DNA of 64,000 nucleotides from Candidatus Hestiella acidicharens (GTDB lineage: Archaea; Thermoproteota; Thermoprotei_A; Sulfolobales; Acidilobaceae). The stretch's first letter is position 1. Each line of letters begins with the position of its first letter. A program made the translations under genes and the position numbers. The DNA lies in contig JAALXO010000075.1 in the NCBI GenBank assembly GCA_035161305.1, positions 1,588 through 65,587 on the forward strand. Direction: 5' to 3'. Under the pieces are notes generated by a model, which searched no databases, had not been told where the DNA came from, and saw only the letters and a list, made by a program, of their open reading frames with translations. This document shows, piece after piece, positions 31,093-41,277 of this stretch.

Positions 31093-32544
31093 ATGATTGG
31101 TATAAATTTCGTTATAGAATTCTTCCTTTATTTGACGCTTGCTTTCGGCTTGATAGCACCAATAACTGGGGTATCAAACAAGGAAAGCATATGGCCACTA
31201 GTAATTTCAGCGATAAGCATAGGAACCTTCTTTATAGTAGCGATACTAACGCTATATGCTTCTCTATCTCACTACCTTGTGTTCTATAATGGTTTAGTAA
31301 TACAGGACTCATTTACATCAGTAATACTGCTCGGTATTTCTATAACATCCATAATATTCCTTGTAGCAGTAGGAAATATTGGGGCGAGATGGAGATCAAG
31401 TCCAGCTATGTATAGCCTTATACCATTAACCCTATTTGGCCTATTCTTCTTGACTGGATCAAATGATGCATTAATGTTGCTGGCGTCATGGCTAATTGTT
31501 TCATTGGTTAGCTACATTTTTGTTTCCATTCCGGATGCAAAAGAAAGCAAACAAGCTGCTATAAGATACGTTATGGTGGGTATGATAGCAACACTCATAT
31601 TAATAGCATGGATAGCATTTTTGGCCATCACACCAAAGCACGCCCCTATGGAGTTTTCCTTCTCATCACTCCTACCATTAACTAAAGGAAGCATAAGGAT
31701 TGCAAGCATGGCTGTGTTGCTCTTCCTTGCAGCGTTAGGCTTTAAGGTTGGTTTATTCCCATTCCACTGGTGGCTACCTCAAGTCTATGGAAGAGGAGAC
31801 GGCAGAGGCATATCCTTCGTCGCAGGGGTAATAAAGTTAGGATTTATAGCCATTATTGCTAGAACTATGGTGATATTTAGTTATTCTATTCACGGCGTTG
31901 ATCCAATTTCCAATTATACTGCGATAATAGTGGCTGTTTTTGCTGTAGCGACTATGATCTACGGAAACATTTCCGCGCTAACAACGAGAAATTTCCAGAT
32001 GATACTTTCATACAGCAGCATGGCTCATACTGGCTATATCTTTGCGGCGATTGCTGCCGCTGCATATTTTGCTGGCATAGATAATCCTATACTTTTGAAA
32101 CTAGCGCTTTTTGCAGTTGCTTTGCAGACAATAGCCTATGGAATAGCAAAAACGCCTCTGTTTGCCTTTGTTGGGGACTCAAACAAGAAACTGAGCGACT
32201 TACAGGGCATGCTAAGTAGTCATCCAGTAGCTGCCGTTTCTATATTAATATTATTGTTAAGCCTCCTAGGGGTACCACCATTTATGGGCTTCTGGGGTAA
32301 GGTTTATCTTTTCATATCAACTTCTGGCTATAGCCTGTGGTTAGTGTTAATAGCGTTAATCAATAGTGGCATAAGCTCTGTTTACTATATAATAGCTTCT
32401 AGGGAAATAGTATCTAAGGGTAAGAGTAACGTAAAGCTAAGCAAAACATATACAGTGGCGCTGTTGATAGGTGCAATAGTCATCATAGTACTTGGTATAT
32501 ATTCTCCTTTCTTGCTTAAGAGTATATCAAGCATATACTATTAA
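31093..32544 (+). CDS. nuoN: Complex I-like subunit N
   Basis: AAIRYVMVG, FKVGLFPFHWWLPQVY, LSYSSMAHTGY, LLGVPPFMGFWGK. Confidence 0.9.
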   Translation: MIGINFVIEFFLYLTLAFGLIAPITGVSNKESIWPLVISAISIGTFFIVAILTLYASLSHYLVFYNGLVIQDSFTSVILLGISITSIIFLVAVGNIGARWRSSPAMYSLIPLTLFGLFFLTGSNDALMLLASWLIVSLVSYIFVSIPDAKESKQAAIRYVMVGMIATLILIAWIAFLAITPKHAPMEFSFSSLLPLTKGSIRIASMAVLLFLAALGFKVGLFPFHWWLPQVYGRGDGRGISFVAGVIKLGFIAIIARTMVIFSYSIHGVDPISNYTAIIVAVFAVATMIYGNISALTTRNFQMILSYSSMAHTGYIFAAIAAAAYFAGIDNPILLKLALFAVALQTIAYGIAKTPLFAFVGDSNKKLSDLQGMLSSHPVAAVSILILLLSLLGVPPFMGFWGKVYLFISTSGYSLWLVLIALINSGISSVYYIIASREIVSKGKSNVKLSKTYTVALLIGAIVIIVLGIYSPFLLKSISSIYY

Positions 32545-32572
32545 TTTTTTTATTAAATTAATCTATATAATA

Positions 32573-32678
32573 TGCCGCCGCCGGGATTCGAACCCGGGAC
32601 CTCCGGATTTCCCAGAGCGCGATTTTCGGTTAAAGGGCCGTATGAGTCCGGCGCTCTAACCTCCTGAGCTACGGCGGC
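32573..32678 (-). tRNA. tRNA-Met(CAU), elongator type, 32-nt intron at 37/38 (32609-32640)
   Basis: GCCGCCGTAGCTCAG...CCGGA-CTCATA[intron]A-TCCGG...GGTTCGAATCC; CUCA/UGGG central BHB helix. Confidence 0.93.
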
Positions 32679-32831
32679 CCAATAGGATTTTTTATGTTTT
32701 AACAATATTTAAGCCTTTCTTAGAAATACTTTCGTATGTAGCAATGATACTTACGGGCTTGGCTATAGTTATGTGGTATATCAGGAAGCTAATTTTTACT
32801 ATAATCGGTATTACCTATGTGGTGTTAGGTC

Positions 32832-32999
32832 ATGCAGAGCTCAAGAAGAGCATCAGACTTAAGAATAATAAGCTTTAGGATAGATGTTGGCACCCTATAT
32901 CAAATAGATAAAGAAGGGTTGAGGAGAGGAATGAATAGAAGTGAAATCATAAGGAATGCGATAAGGCGTTATTTAGATGCAGAAATATATAAGCAGTAA
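32832..32999 (+). CDS. Ribbon-helix-helix (CopG/NikR N-terminal-like) DNA-binding protein; absent from ORF track
   Basis: MQSSRRASDLRIISFRIDVGTLYQIDKEGLRRGMNRSEIIRNAIRRYLDAEIYKQ fits the RHH pattern. Confidence 0.8.
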   Translation: MQSSRRASDLRIISFRIDVGTLYQIDKEGLRRGMNRSEIIRNAIRRYLDAEIYKQ

Positions 33000-33061
33000 A
33001 AAAATATGTAGATGTAAGATATAAGCATCCATAAATTTTTTGTAGCAAAGCTTACCTAACT

Positions 33062-34219
33062 GTGGTTGCTATGAGCAATCTTTGGGCATACTTGGCTGTA
33101 GGAATTATAATCGGACTGGTTGTTGGAATACCTACCACGTACTATTTTTCTCACAAAGTTTCAAGTAGTATCTCTGTAGTTAAACCGAATGTAACTAGTA
33201 GTTCAAGTAGCTCAAACATGTTTACTATAGGTGCGGCAGGTACTTTGAAATTTTCTTTTGGTGCTATGTTAAAGAAATTTGCCAATATATATCACAAAAT
33301 ACCTTTAGGAACGCCTTTATTTAAAGGCAGTGAAGAGGTAGCTCATGACGAGAAAGCTACAAATGAGTTTAGTGTCGTAGCTTCTGCTGACACTACGAGC
33401 ATTCCATCTATTCTTTTTCCTACTACAGCTAGCTACGAGATAGCCTTTGGGACAACACAGATGGTGGTAATAGTAGATTTGCAAACCAAAGCTGGCAAAG
33501 AGGTATATACTCTATGGAAAAAGGCAGAAACACTTAAGCCCTACACAAGCCAATGGAACCAGACTTGGAAGGAAATATTTTCTATCATAGCCCTAAATCC
33601 TTCATCGATTATAGGTGTGTCGAATCCCTTTACGGATCCTAGTGGTTACCAAGCACAATGCGTCTTAAAACTGGCTGGGTTGACCTTCTTTGACAATTCC
33701 TCATATTTATATAACAATGTGTATAAAAACCCAAAGAAATACTATATGAGAAACACAGAAATAGACCTGTTGAGCCTTATGGCAACAAACAACTCTATAA
33801 ACTTCATACTCTCTTCTTATTTATCAAACGCAATGCCTCAGGTAGAATTTTACAGGAGCAAAGGCGTAAATATAACTTACATCACTTTACCACCATTAAT
33901 AAACCTAGGAAATTTAAGCTACGTTCCCTATTATCATAGGGTTAACGTGACGTGGACAGAGCTGGGAACAAGTAAGACCTTCACTTGTAATCCAGTGGTA
34001 TATACTATAACGATTCCAAACAAGGCCCCGAACAAGGAGGCCGGGGTCGATTTTATTTTACTGCTATTCAGCCCCAAAGGTCAAACAATATTGAAGCATT
34101 ATGGGATTAATCCAATAGTCCCTGGAATAGTTTATGGTAACTATTCAGAGGTTCCAGCACAGGTAAGGCCGTTTGTTAAGCCAGTAAATCAAACGACCCT
34201 CATAAGCATATTTAAATGA
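33062..34219 (+). CDS. wtpA: Tungstate/molybdate ABC transporter substrate-binding protein (WtpA-like)
   Basis: GAAGTL, ASAD, PFTDPSGY, RNTEIDL, NPVVYTITIP..APN motifs; N-terminal membrane anchor. Confidence 0.8.
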   Translation: MVAMSNLWAYLAVGIIIGLVVGIPTTYYFSHKVSSSISVVKPNVTSSSSSSNMFTIGAAGTLKFSFGAMLKKFANIYHKIPLGTPLFKGSEEVAHDEKATNEFSVVASADTTSIPSILFPTTASYEIAFGTTQMVVIVDLQTKAGKEVYTLWKKAETLKPYTSQWNQTWKEIFSIIALNPSSIIGVSNPFTDPSGYQAQCVLKLAGLTFFDNSSYLYNNVYKNPKKYYMRNTEIDLLSLMATNNSINFILSSYLSNAMPQVEFYRSKGVNITYITLPPLINLGNLSYVPYYHRVNVTWTELGTSKTFTCNPVVYTITIPNKAPNKEAGVDFILLLFSPKGQTILKHYGINPIVPGIVYGNYSEVPAQVRPFVKPVNQTTLISIFK

Positions 34220-35040
34220 GTGATGTGGTAGTGAAGAATTTAAATTCTCTACCATTTTTTGCGTTTCTTGTTGTTTTTTCTTTGTTGGTATTACTTTTCT
34301 TTGCCTATCCCTTAGTACTTCTACTAATCCTTGGTGGGAGTGGATTTGTTACATCCCTAGAGAACAGGTCTTTTATGCTGTCTATTGAGGTTACCTTAAT
34401 AATTTCAACAATTACATCGGTTTTTGCAGTCCTATTTGGCGTGCCGTTAGGCTACGTAATGGCAAGATATGATTTTAAGTTTAAAAGTATCCTCGAAACG
34501 CTAATAGATATACCAATAGTTATACCGCACATAGTCGTTGGATTGATGATTTTGCTTGCCTTCTCTTCACAATATGGCATAGGTCCCTTTCTACACAAGT
34601 TTGGAATAACGGTATTAGACACTATATTTGGTGCCATCTTAGCAGTCTCATACCTTTCATCTACCTATACTATAAAGGTAGTGGAGTCTTCTATAGCTAT
34701 GATAGATCCTGAGGTAGAGCTCGTTTCTAGGAGCCTTGGCGCTTCAAGGTTTGCAACTTTTTTTAGGGTAACAATTCCTAGTATCAAAAGGTCGATACTA
34801 AATGGGGCCTTGTTAACATGGGCAAGGGCCACATCAGAGGCTGGCGCGCTTTTTATAATTGCGTATTACGTTTTCTTTTATAGAAAAACGGTTTACCCCT
34901 CACCTATTTTTATCTATGAAAGCTACATTACATTTGGAATACTTCAGGCAGTAAAATTCGCTGCGGCACTTGTAATAATAGTCATAGCTATTTTTATTTT
35001 GTTCAGGGCCATATTCAGGGTAAGAGGGCAGGTATATTGA
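34216..35040 (+). CDS. wtpB: ABC transporter permease (WtpB/ModB-like)
   Basis: LIDIPIVIPH.VVG, EAA-loop DPEVELVSRSLGASR, LTWARATSEAGA. Confidence 0.85.
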   Translation: MSDVVVKNLNSLPFFAFLVVFSLLVLLFFAYPLVLLLILGGSGFVTSLENRSFMLSIEVTLIISTITSVFAVLFGVPLGYVMARYDFKFKSILETLIDIPIVIPHIVVGLMILLAFSSQYGIGPFLHKFGITVLDTIFGAILAVSYLSSTYTIKVVESSIAMIDPEVELVSRSLGASRFATFFRVTIPSIKRSILNGALLTWARATSEAGALFIIAYYVFFYRKTVYPSPIFIYESYITFGILQAVKFAAALVIIVIAIFILFRAIFRVRGQVY

Positions 35041-36089
35041 CGTTATTAAGGGTCGAAGCACTTGTAGTGAAGCTGAGTGACTTTACTCTAGGACCCTTAA
35101 CTTTCGAGGTTGAAGATAACGATTACATAGTTCTCTTTGGACCTAATGGTAGCGGGAAGACAACCCTTTTAAAAACAATACTAGGCTTCTATAGGCCGAT
35201 TCTAGGCAGGATACTCTTTAATGGAATAGATATAACAGGATTACCGATAGAGAAGAGGAATATAGGATATGTACCTCAAAACATTGTTCTATTTGAAAAT
35301 ATGACGATAAGGCAGAATATTGAATTTGGGTTAAAATTTAAGAAATTGGGCAAAGAGGAAAGAAAAAACAGGGTTAAGAGGATCTCTGAGATTCTCTCCA
35401 TTGAAAGTCTTTTGGATAAAAAACCAAGGGAGCTGAGTTATGGACAAAAGCAACTCGTCTCCATAGCAAGAGCAATAGCCCCAGAGCCAAGCCTCCTCCT
35501 TCTCGATGAGCCGTTATCTAACTTAGACCCAAATACAAGATTGTCCATAATGAAGGCCCTTAGGACATTAAAGAAGTTCAATACATCAATAATACACGTA
35601 ACCCATATTATTGAGAATGTACTCTACCCAGACTCTAAGCTTCTTTTTATGTATAAGGGAAAGATCTTAGAGAGGGGTAAAACTTCTGAGGTATTTTCGA
35701 ACCCTACAACGCTTGAGCTGGCATCTTACCTATCAAACTGGAACATATATAGAGTATATAAGAAGAAAGGATCACTTATATGCCTTAATGACCGCATATG
35801 TTTTGTTGTAGATGGAGAAAGGATCAAAGTAGACGATAAAGCTACTTACGTTGCATTTAAACCTGTTGACGTAATGCTTGATAAAAAGATCGATGGTTGG
35901 AGCTGTTATGAAGGGTTTATTGAAGGCATACAGGTAACCAGCTATGGTTATCTTTATTCAATAAGGTTCTCTGATATTTTAATAACTGCATTTTCCAGTA
36001 AAAGGAATGAGTTGAAGGAAAGGGTAAGGTTTTGCATAGACCCATCTAAGGTAGTGTTCTTGAGGAAAGGGCTGTCTGTTGAACGTTAG
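35037..36089 (+). CDS. wtpC: ABC transporter ATP-binding protein (WtpC-like)
   Basis: GPNGSGKTT, LSYGQKQ, LLLLDEPLSNLD. Confidence 0.88.
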   Translation: MTLLRVEALVVKLSDFTLGPLTFEVEDNDYIVLFGPNGSGKTTLLKTILGFYRPILGRILFNGIDITGLPIEKRNIGYVPQNIVLFENMTIRQNIEFGLKFKKLGKEERKNRVKRISEILSIESLLDKKPRELSYGQKQLVSIARAIAPEPSLLLLDEPLSNLDPNTRLSIMKALRTLKKFNTSIIHVTHIIENVLYPDSKLLFMYKGKILERGKTSEVFSNPTTLELASYLSNWNIYRVYKKKGSLICLNDRICFVVDGERIKVDDKATYVAFKPVDVMLDKKIDGWSCYEGFIEGIQVTSYGYLYSIRFSDILITAFSSKRNELKERVRFCIDPSKVVFLRKGLSVER

Positions 36090-36125
36090 GTTTTATTTAC
36101 CCTCAAAAGTACATATCTTAATGAA

Positions 36126-36230
36126 GCCGAGGTGGCCGAGCGGTCTAAGGCGGCGGGCTGCAGTATCGAGCAACCTGCCCATCGTTGCCAGAGACCCGTT
36201 ACAACCCGGGTTCGAATCCCGGCCTCGGCT
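36126..36230 (+). tRNA. tRNA-Cys(GCA), 30-nt intron at 37/38 (36164-36193)
   Basis: Acceptor GCCGAGG/CCTCGGC, GCGGG-CTGCAG[intron]A-CCCGT, U73; relaxed BHB. Confidence 0.93.
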
Positions 36231-36305
36231 TCATTATAATTTAAGACCGATGCATAGAGGTTAAATAACAGGGCTGTGAACTTCCCAGCGACGAGATGAC
36301 CAGCG

Positions 36306-36722
36306 TTGGGGGATGATTTAGAAAAGCCGAAGGAGCCCCTGTCCGAGTGCAGGATAAGGGTCATAGGCGGCTATGGCGACATAGTAGGCTTGCTCGATAG
36401 CGTGAAGGAAGAAATCTATAGGTATAATGTTTTGGCATCCAAAAAAGGTTATTATTTAAAGCCTGTTCATAAGGTCTATAAACCAAAAGGTAAGAGTGGC
36501 AAGGCAATATATGAATACTATGGAAGGTATTGGTGGAAGAAGCTTAGAGGCAGGCTTATCTATTCCGGTACAACAAAACCTAGGATTCTGCCTAATCCTC
36601 CAGAAAATCCATTGGAAGGCCTTTCTATAGTTAGAGAGGGCGAAGACGTTATATTAGACTGTTTTGTCTACGAAAGGTATAGGTGGATCTTCAAGGATAA
36701 AAAGGTTGTAAGGGAATTGTAA
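36306..36722 (+). CDS. Conserved hypothetical protein
   Basis: 138-aa ORF; YYLKPVHKVY...YEYYGRYWWK basic/aromatic motif. Confidence 0.7.
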   Translation: MGDDLEKPKEPLSECRIRVIGGYGDIVGLLDSVKEEIYRYNVLASKKGYYLKPVHKVYKPKGKSGKAIYEYYGRYWWKKLRGRLIYSGTTKPRILPNPPENPLEGLSIVREGEDVILDCFVYERYRWIFKDKKVVREL

Positions 36723-36740
36723 TTCGAAAAGGAGTTAGAA

Positions 36741-38687
36741 ATGGCAAGGAAATCCATGTCTTCATTTGACATATATTCATGGGTTAATACAACAGGGGGA
36801 AAACTGAGGGGGAGAAGGATAGACAACATCTACCAAGAAAGCGATGTTGTGTTGGTAAAGATAAAGGCAGACGTGGGTAACATTATGCTAGTAGAACCTG
36901 CCAAAAGGGTTTATTTTACACAAAGAATCAAGCCTTCTCAGCATTCTAAGGAAGGTAACTTTGCGCTTTTAATGAGGAAGTATATTAGGGGCTTGAAAAT
37001 AAGGGATGTTTATCAGGTTGGTTTTGATAGGATTGTTAGGATTGACATAGGTGACTTTTCTTTTGTTGTAGAGCTCCTACCTAAGGGTTCAGGTGTGCTT
37101 TTAGATAAAAATGGTATAATAATAGGTACGACAAAGAACGTAAGCTTCAAAGACAGGGTGGTGAGACCAAAAACGAGTTACGTGACCCCGAGCATCATAA
37201 AGGAAAGACCATGGGATCTTACTAGTGAATCACTCATAGAGAAAATAAAGGGTTATAGAGATGTGATAAGGGGCTTGATCCTAGGCCTATCAATACCTGG
37301 TGAAGTTGCTGAAGAGATCGCATATTTAGCCGGGTTAGATAAAGGATTAGAACCTGAAAAGTTAAGGGTGACAGATGCAGAGGCATTAATTAATAGCATG
37401 AGGGATATAGTCAAAGAGGCATTAATTGGGAAGGGATATATATCTTATAGCGAAGAAGGCTTGCCTGTTCAGGCAACACCTTTCATGCCAAGATCGTTTG
37501 CTGAAAATGGTGGAAGCCTTGTAGAATATTCTTCCTTTGATGCCGCATTAGATGACTACTTTAACCTTATATTAAAGGGCAGTCTTGAACATAGATTGGA
37601 AGCAGAAAGATCAAAATTGATGCACAGTATAGAGGAAAATAAGCTTTTATATAGGAAGTTTATGGAGGAGGCCGGGTATCTCGAAAAACAGGCAGAAATA
37701 ATAGGCGAAAACTATCCTGAGTTTTCTGATATCTTAGCTTGCTTGAAGGCTAATGGAATCTCTTGTAGGGGTGTACTTGAAGATAACAGGAAGGAGAGGT
37801 ATGCTATAATAGACTACAATGGAACCAAAATTAAGTTATATTATGATAGTACTTTGGACAAGGCTATAGTTAGGCTGTATAGGGAGGCAGGAGAGCTCAA
37901 GTCGAAGTCCAAGAAGGCATGGAAATCCATAGGAGAGATGGAAGCTAAGCTGAAGGAGATAAACAGCAAAATCATGCTAGGAGAAGTTAAACAGAGAATA
38001 CGAAACAGGAAAAGAGAATGGTATGAAAGGTACCATTGGACTATAACAAAGAATTGCTACCTTGCAATAGGTGGTAGAAACTCAGACCAGAATGAGAGCC
38101 TTGTGAGGAAGTATTTGAGGGATAGGGATATATTTATTCATGCAGATGTTCATGGTTCACCAGCTGTTATTGTTTTTAACGATGGAAATGTAGGTGAAGA
38201 AGACCTAATAGAAGCCTCAAAGATAGCTGTTGCTTATAGTAAGGCATGGAAGGCAGGTATAGGAAGCATAGACGCTTATTGGGTCTATGGTAATCAAGTC
38301 TCGAAATCGCCCCCTTCTGGAGAGTATTTAGCGAAGGGATCTTTCATGATTTATGGTAGGAAGAATTTCATAAACCATATCGAGGTAAGTATATTTATTG
38401 GTGTAGCGCTTGATAGGGAAAGTTTACCAGTAATAATATCTGGTAGTGAGGATAGCATTAGGGAGCAGTCGCTCATTTATGCAAAAATTGTTCCAGGTAA
38501 CCTTGGGCAGAAAGATCTTTCAGAAAAAATAAAAAGGGAATTTTCAAAGAACTTAAATGGAGATCCCCAACTACTCATCCTAGGAATGGATGAAGGAGAA
38601 ATTGCCTCTAGACTCCCAGGGAAGTCCTCAATATTTTATGTAAAGAAGGGTGAAAATAAAGGACTGAAGAGACCTAAAGGTATATAG
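36741..38687 (+). CDS. rqc2: Ribosome quality-control protein Rqc2/NEMF (NFACT family)
   Basis: MSSFDI, FALLMRKYI, QVGFDRIV, WYERYHW, GGRNSDQNESLVRKY, HADVHGSP, YLAKGSFMIYG. Confidence 0.92.
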   Translation: MARKSMSSFDIYSWVNTTGGKLRGRRIDNIYQESDVVLVKIKADVGNIMLVEPAKRVYFTQRIKPSQHSKEGNFALLMRKYIRGLKIRDVYQVGFDRIVRIDIGDFSFVVELLPKGSGVLLDKNGIIIGTTKNVSFKDRVVRPKTSYVTPSIIKERPWDLTSESLIEKIKGYRDVIRGLILGLSIPGEVAEEIAYLAGLDKGLEPEKLRVTDAEALINSMRDIVKEALIGKGYISYSEEGLPVQATPFMPRSFAENGGSLVEYSSFDAALDDYFNLILKGSLEHRLEAERSKLMHSIEENKLLYRKFMEEAGYLEKQAEIIGENYPEFSDILACLKANGISCRGVLEDNRKERYAIIDYNGTKIKLYYDSTLDKAIVRLYREAGELKSKSKKAWKSIGEMEAKLKEINSKIMLGEVKQRIRNRKREWYERYHWTITKNCYLAIGGRNSDQNESLVRKYLRDRDIFIHADVHGSPAVIVFNDGNVGEEDLIEASKIAVAYSKAWKAGIGSIDAYWVYGNQVSKSPPSGEYLAKGSFMIYGRKNFINHIEVSIFIGVALDRESLPVIISGSEDSIREQSLIYAKIVPGNLGQKDLSEKIKREFSKNLNGDPQLLILGMDEGEIASRLPGKSSIFYVKKGENKGLKRPKGI

Positions 38688-38799
38688 CGCTAATAAAAAG
38701 GGCAAAGGTCTCAGGAATTGGTAGTCCCTATCCTTGTGCAGTGCTTTATACATTATATTTTTAAAACCTAGAATTGAATTAGATAGGAGGGTAAATGAG

Positions 38800-39009
38800 A
38801 TGGCAGTAACTGCGGTAAAAAAGATGGACATGCTAGATTCGGTTCAACCACCCATATGCACGAGCTGTGGGAAGATAATACATCCCAAGGAAAAGGCTGT
38901 TGCTTTTTATTGTCCAAATTGCGGGAGTGCCCTGATATGGAGATGCTCTAAGTGTAGAAAACAGGGCATCAAGTATCAATGCCCCAACTGTGGTTTCATA
39001 GGACCTTAA
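38800..39009 (+). CDS. Zn-ribbon protein (DUF1610 family)
   Basis: CTSCG, FYCPNCG, IWRCSKCRKQG..Y.CPNCGFIGP; directly upstream of EF-1beta; start moved to ATG 38800. Confidence 0.9.
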   Translation: MAVTAVKKMDMLDSVQPPICTSCGKIIHPKEKAVAFYCPNCGSALIWRCSKCRKQGIKYQCPNCGFIGP

Positions 39010-39023
39010 CAGGGTGATAATGA

Positions 39024-39299
39024 ATGGCAAGAGTAGCTGTTCTCTTAAGGGTCATGCCAAATTCCTTAGATATAAACCTAGGCGACCTCAAGCTTGCAAT
39101 AGAAAAAAAGTTGCCTGGATCATATAAAATACTTGACAGCAAAGAAGAGCCAATAGCATTTGGTTTAAAGTCCTTAATGTTGTTGATATCAATGGAGGAA
39201 AACACAGAGGGGGGTACCGAGGAGTTGGAATCAAAGGTAAAGGACGTTGAGGGAGTTGAAGAAGTCGAGGTTGAAAACATTAGCAGAATAAGTGAATAG
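39024..39299 (+). CDS. ef1b: Elongation factor 1-beta
   Basis: RVMP, EEPIAFGLKSL, GGTEELE..VKDVEGVEEVEV. Confidence 0.95.
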   Translation: MARVAVLLRVMPNSLDINLGDLKLAIEKKLPGSYKILDSKEEPIAFGLKSLMLLISMEENTEGGTEELESKVKDVEGVEEVEVENISRISE

Positions 39300-39304
39300 C
39301 CAAT

Positions 39305-39895
39305 ATGTCCATCCTTACAGACAGCCTCGTTTACCTTTCCATATTTTCAATTTCCTTTGTATCTAATGTGATCCCATTTGGTGGTCCCCCATATACTATA
39401 ATAACTGCAACGGCCATACTAAAATTGGGGAACTCTTATTATTGGCCTCTAATAGTGCTAGCTTCGTTAGGTGCTATATTGTCTAAGATCGTGATATACT
39501 TAACTGGAAAGCTTTTTAAAAAAAGTCTTAGGAAGAACAGGAACATCGCGTTTCTTTCTAGGATATCGAATAGCGACACCTTCTATATAATCCTTTTTGT
39601 ACTAGCGGTTATACCTATCCTTCCCTTCGATGACTATCTCTTTATTGCAGCCGGTGCTATAGAAATCTCTCTATTAAAAGCGGTGTTCGCCCTAGTTGTT
39701 GCAAAGTTAATAAAGACAGCATTAGAGGTATTTATAGAACTAAAGGTAATAGTAGCAATATCTTCTCTACTTACCTTGGCGAAGCCAACAATTGGTGCCA
39801 TATTAACGATAGCATTTGTAGCCTTTGGAATAATAATATTTAAGATTGATTGGGAGCATTACTATAATAAGATAAAGGGACGGATTGGTGTTTAA
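39305..39895 (+). CDS. DedA/VTT-domain membrane protein
   Basis: NVIPFGGPPY, LAVIPILPFDDYLFIAAG. Confidence 0.75.
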   Translation: MSILTDSLVYLSIFSISFVSNVIPFGGPPYTIITATAILKLGNSYYWPLIVLASLGAILSKIVIYLTGKLFKKSLRKNRNIAFLSRISNSDTFYIILFVLAVIPILPFDDYLFIAAGAIEISLLKAVFALVVAKLIKTALEVFIELKVIVAISSLLTLAKPTIGAILTIAFVAFGIIIFKIDWEHYYNKIKGRIGV

Positions 39896-39918
39896 AACGC
39901 TTGCAGAGGTATTAAGAG

Positions 39919-40824
39919 TTGTCTAGGTGGATAGAACTCGTTACCCTTGGAACGGGCGGCGCATTCCCGGGAGAGAGAAGGTTTACCTCATCCCATGTTT
40001 TGAGGGATTGGTTTGGAAACATTATTTTGTTGGATTCCGGTGAAGGCGCCCAGATAAGGTTAAGTAAGGCTTCAATACCCATAACAAGGATTAATGCAAT
40101 ATTGATTACTCATGGGCATGGCGATCATGTAAATGGGTTGCCCGGCCTTCTTCAATCGATGTACTTGAATTCAAGAAAGATATCACTAACAATAGTTGCC
40201 CCAAAAGACGTCATTAATTTTATAGAGAATGCATTAATACTTGAGGGTTCTAACCTAGGCTTTGAGATAAGGCTTTTTGAAATAAAGGGCTCTGGCAGTA
40301 TGCAACTCTTCAATCAAAGGGGGGATAAATTGCTCCTCTATTGGTATGAGACTTGCCATTCGAGGGAGTCCTATGGTTTTGTATTGGAGTGGAACTTAAG
40401 GCCAAGAATAAATAAAGCTAAAATGGAAAGACTAGGCATCAGGTCAGGGCCTCATATAGGGAAAATGCTTCTTAATGGAAATAAAGAAGATTTGCTAGTA
40501 AGGCTTGACCCTTTTAGAATAGCCTATACTGGTGACACTAGGCCGTGTAAGAAAGTAGTCGATGGTATTAAGAAGTCTGATATCTTGTTACATGAGTCTA
40601 CTTTTTCGGAGGAAAATAGGGAGGAGGCTGAGGAGTTTTGCCATAGCACAGGTAAGGGGGCTGCCGAGGAAGCTATAAGCGTTGGCGCTAAGTTGTTAAT
40701 ATTGACTCACGTAAGTTCTAGGTACGAAGGGTATGAAGCCTATGAAATAGAGAGGGAGGCTAGGAAAATTTTTCCAAGGTCTGTCTTAGCTTGGGACTTA
40801 GCCAGGTTCAGGTTTACCATTTAA
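39919..40824 (+). CDS. rnz: Ribonuclease Z
   Basis: LGTGGAFP, LLDSGEGAQ, ITHGHGDHVNGLPG, YTGDTRP, LLHEST, HST, LTHVSSRY. Confidence 0.95.
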   Translation: MSRWIELVTLGTGGAFPGERRFTSSHVLRDWFGNIILLDSGEGAQIRLSKASIPITRINAILITHGHGDHVNGLPGLLQSMYLNSRKISLTIVAPKDVINFIENALILEGSNLGFEIRLFEIKGSGSMQLFNQRGDKLLLYWYETCHSRESYGFVLEWNLRPRINKAKMERLGIRSGPHIGKMLLNGNKEDLLVRLDPFRIAYTGDTRPCKKVVDGIKKSDILLHESTFSEENREEAEEFCHSTGKGAAEEAISVGAKLLILTHVSSRYEGYEAYEIEREARKIFPRSVLAWDLARFRFTI

Positions 40825-40839
40825 ACTATCCCAGCAAGA

Positions 40840-41277
40840 TTATTCTGGCAAGCTCCTTTCCCATAGAGGCTTACCCCTAGAGGTCTGTGGGGCAAGCCAG
40901 TCTATTACATCTTCTATATTCCTATGTTTCACGTAAATTTTTATGGCTCCTAGGGGGGATTCTTCCTCCCATGATATGAAGCTGATTTTATTCACATACG
41001 CAGCTTGTTTATGTATCATTATGGAAAGCGTTTTACCTTTTATCCTTTTTACCATATAAGACCTAGCAGATTCCAATATAGCCTGAGCCCTGAGCAGATG
41101 ATAAAGCTTCATTAGGGAGCGAAGCGTTGATGAGTAGCCTCTTATTAGCTTGTAATCTCCTTGGTCTAGAATTTCTAGTTGCTCTGCTTCAAAAACATTT
41201 GATATTGCCTTTAATACCTTTTCCTCATCCTCTGTAGGCCTTAACTCCGCCTCTACAATAACTTTTCCACGAACCAT
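40840..41277 (-). CDS. UPF0201 family RNA-binding protein
   Basis: VEAELRPTEDEEKVLKAISNVF, HKQAAYVNKISF, PLGAI.I, DWLAP. Confidence 0.88.
   Translation of the reverse strand: MVRGKVIVEAELRPTEDEEKVLKAISNVFEAEQLEILDQGDYKLIRGYSSTLRSLMKLYHLLRAQAILESARSYMVKRIKGKTLSIMIHKQAAYVNKISFISWEEESPLGAIKIYVKHRNIEDVIDWLAPQTSRGKPLWERSLPE

Noticed and set aside
36086-36364. ORFs 36079-36264 (+) and 36086-36364 (-)
   Set aside because: Shadows of the GC-rich tRNA-Cys gene
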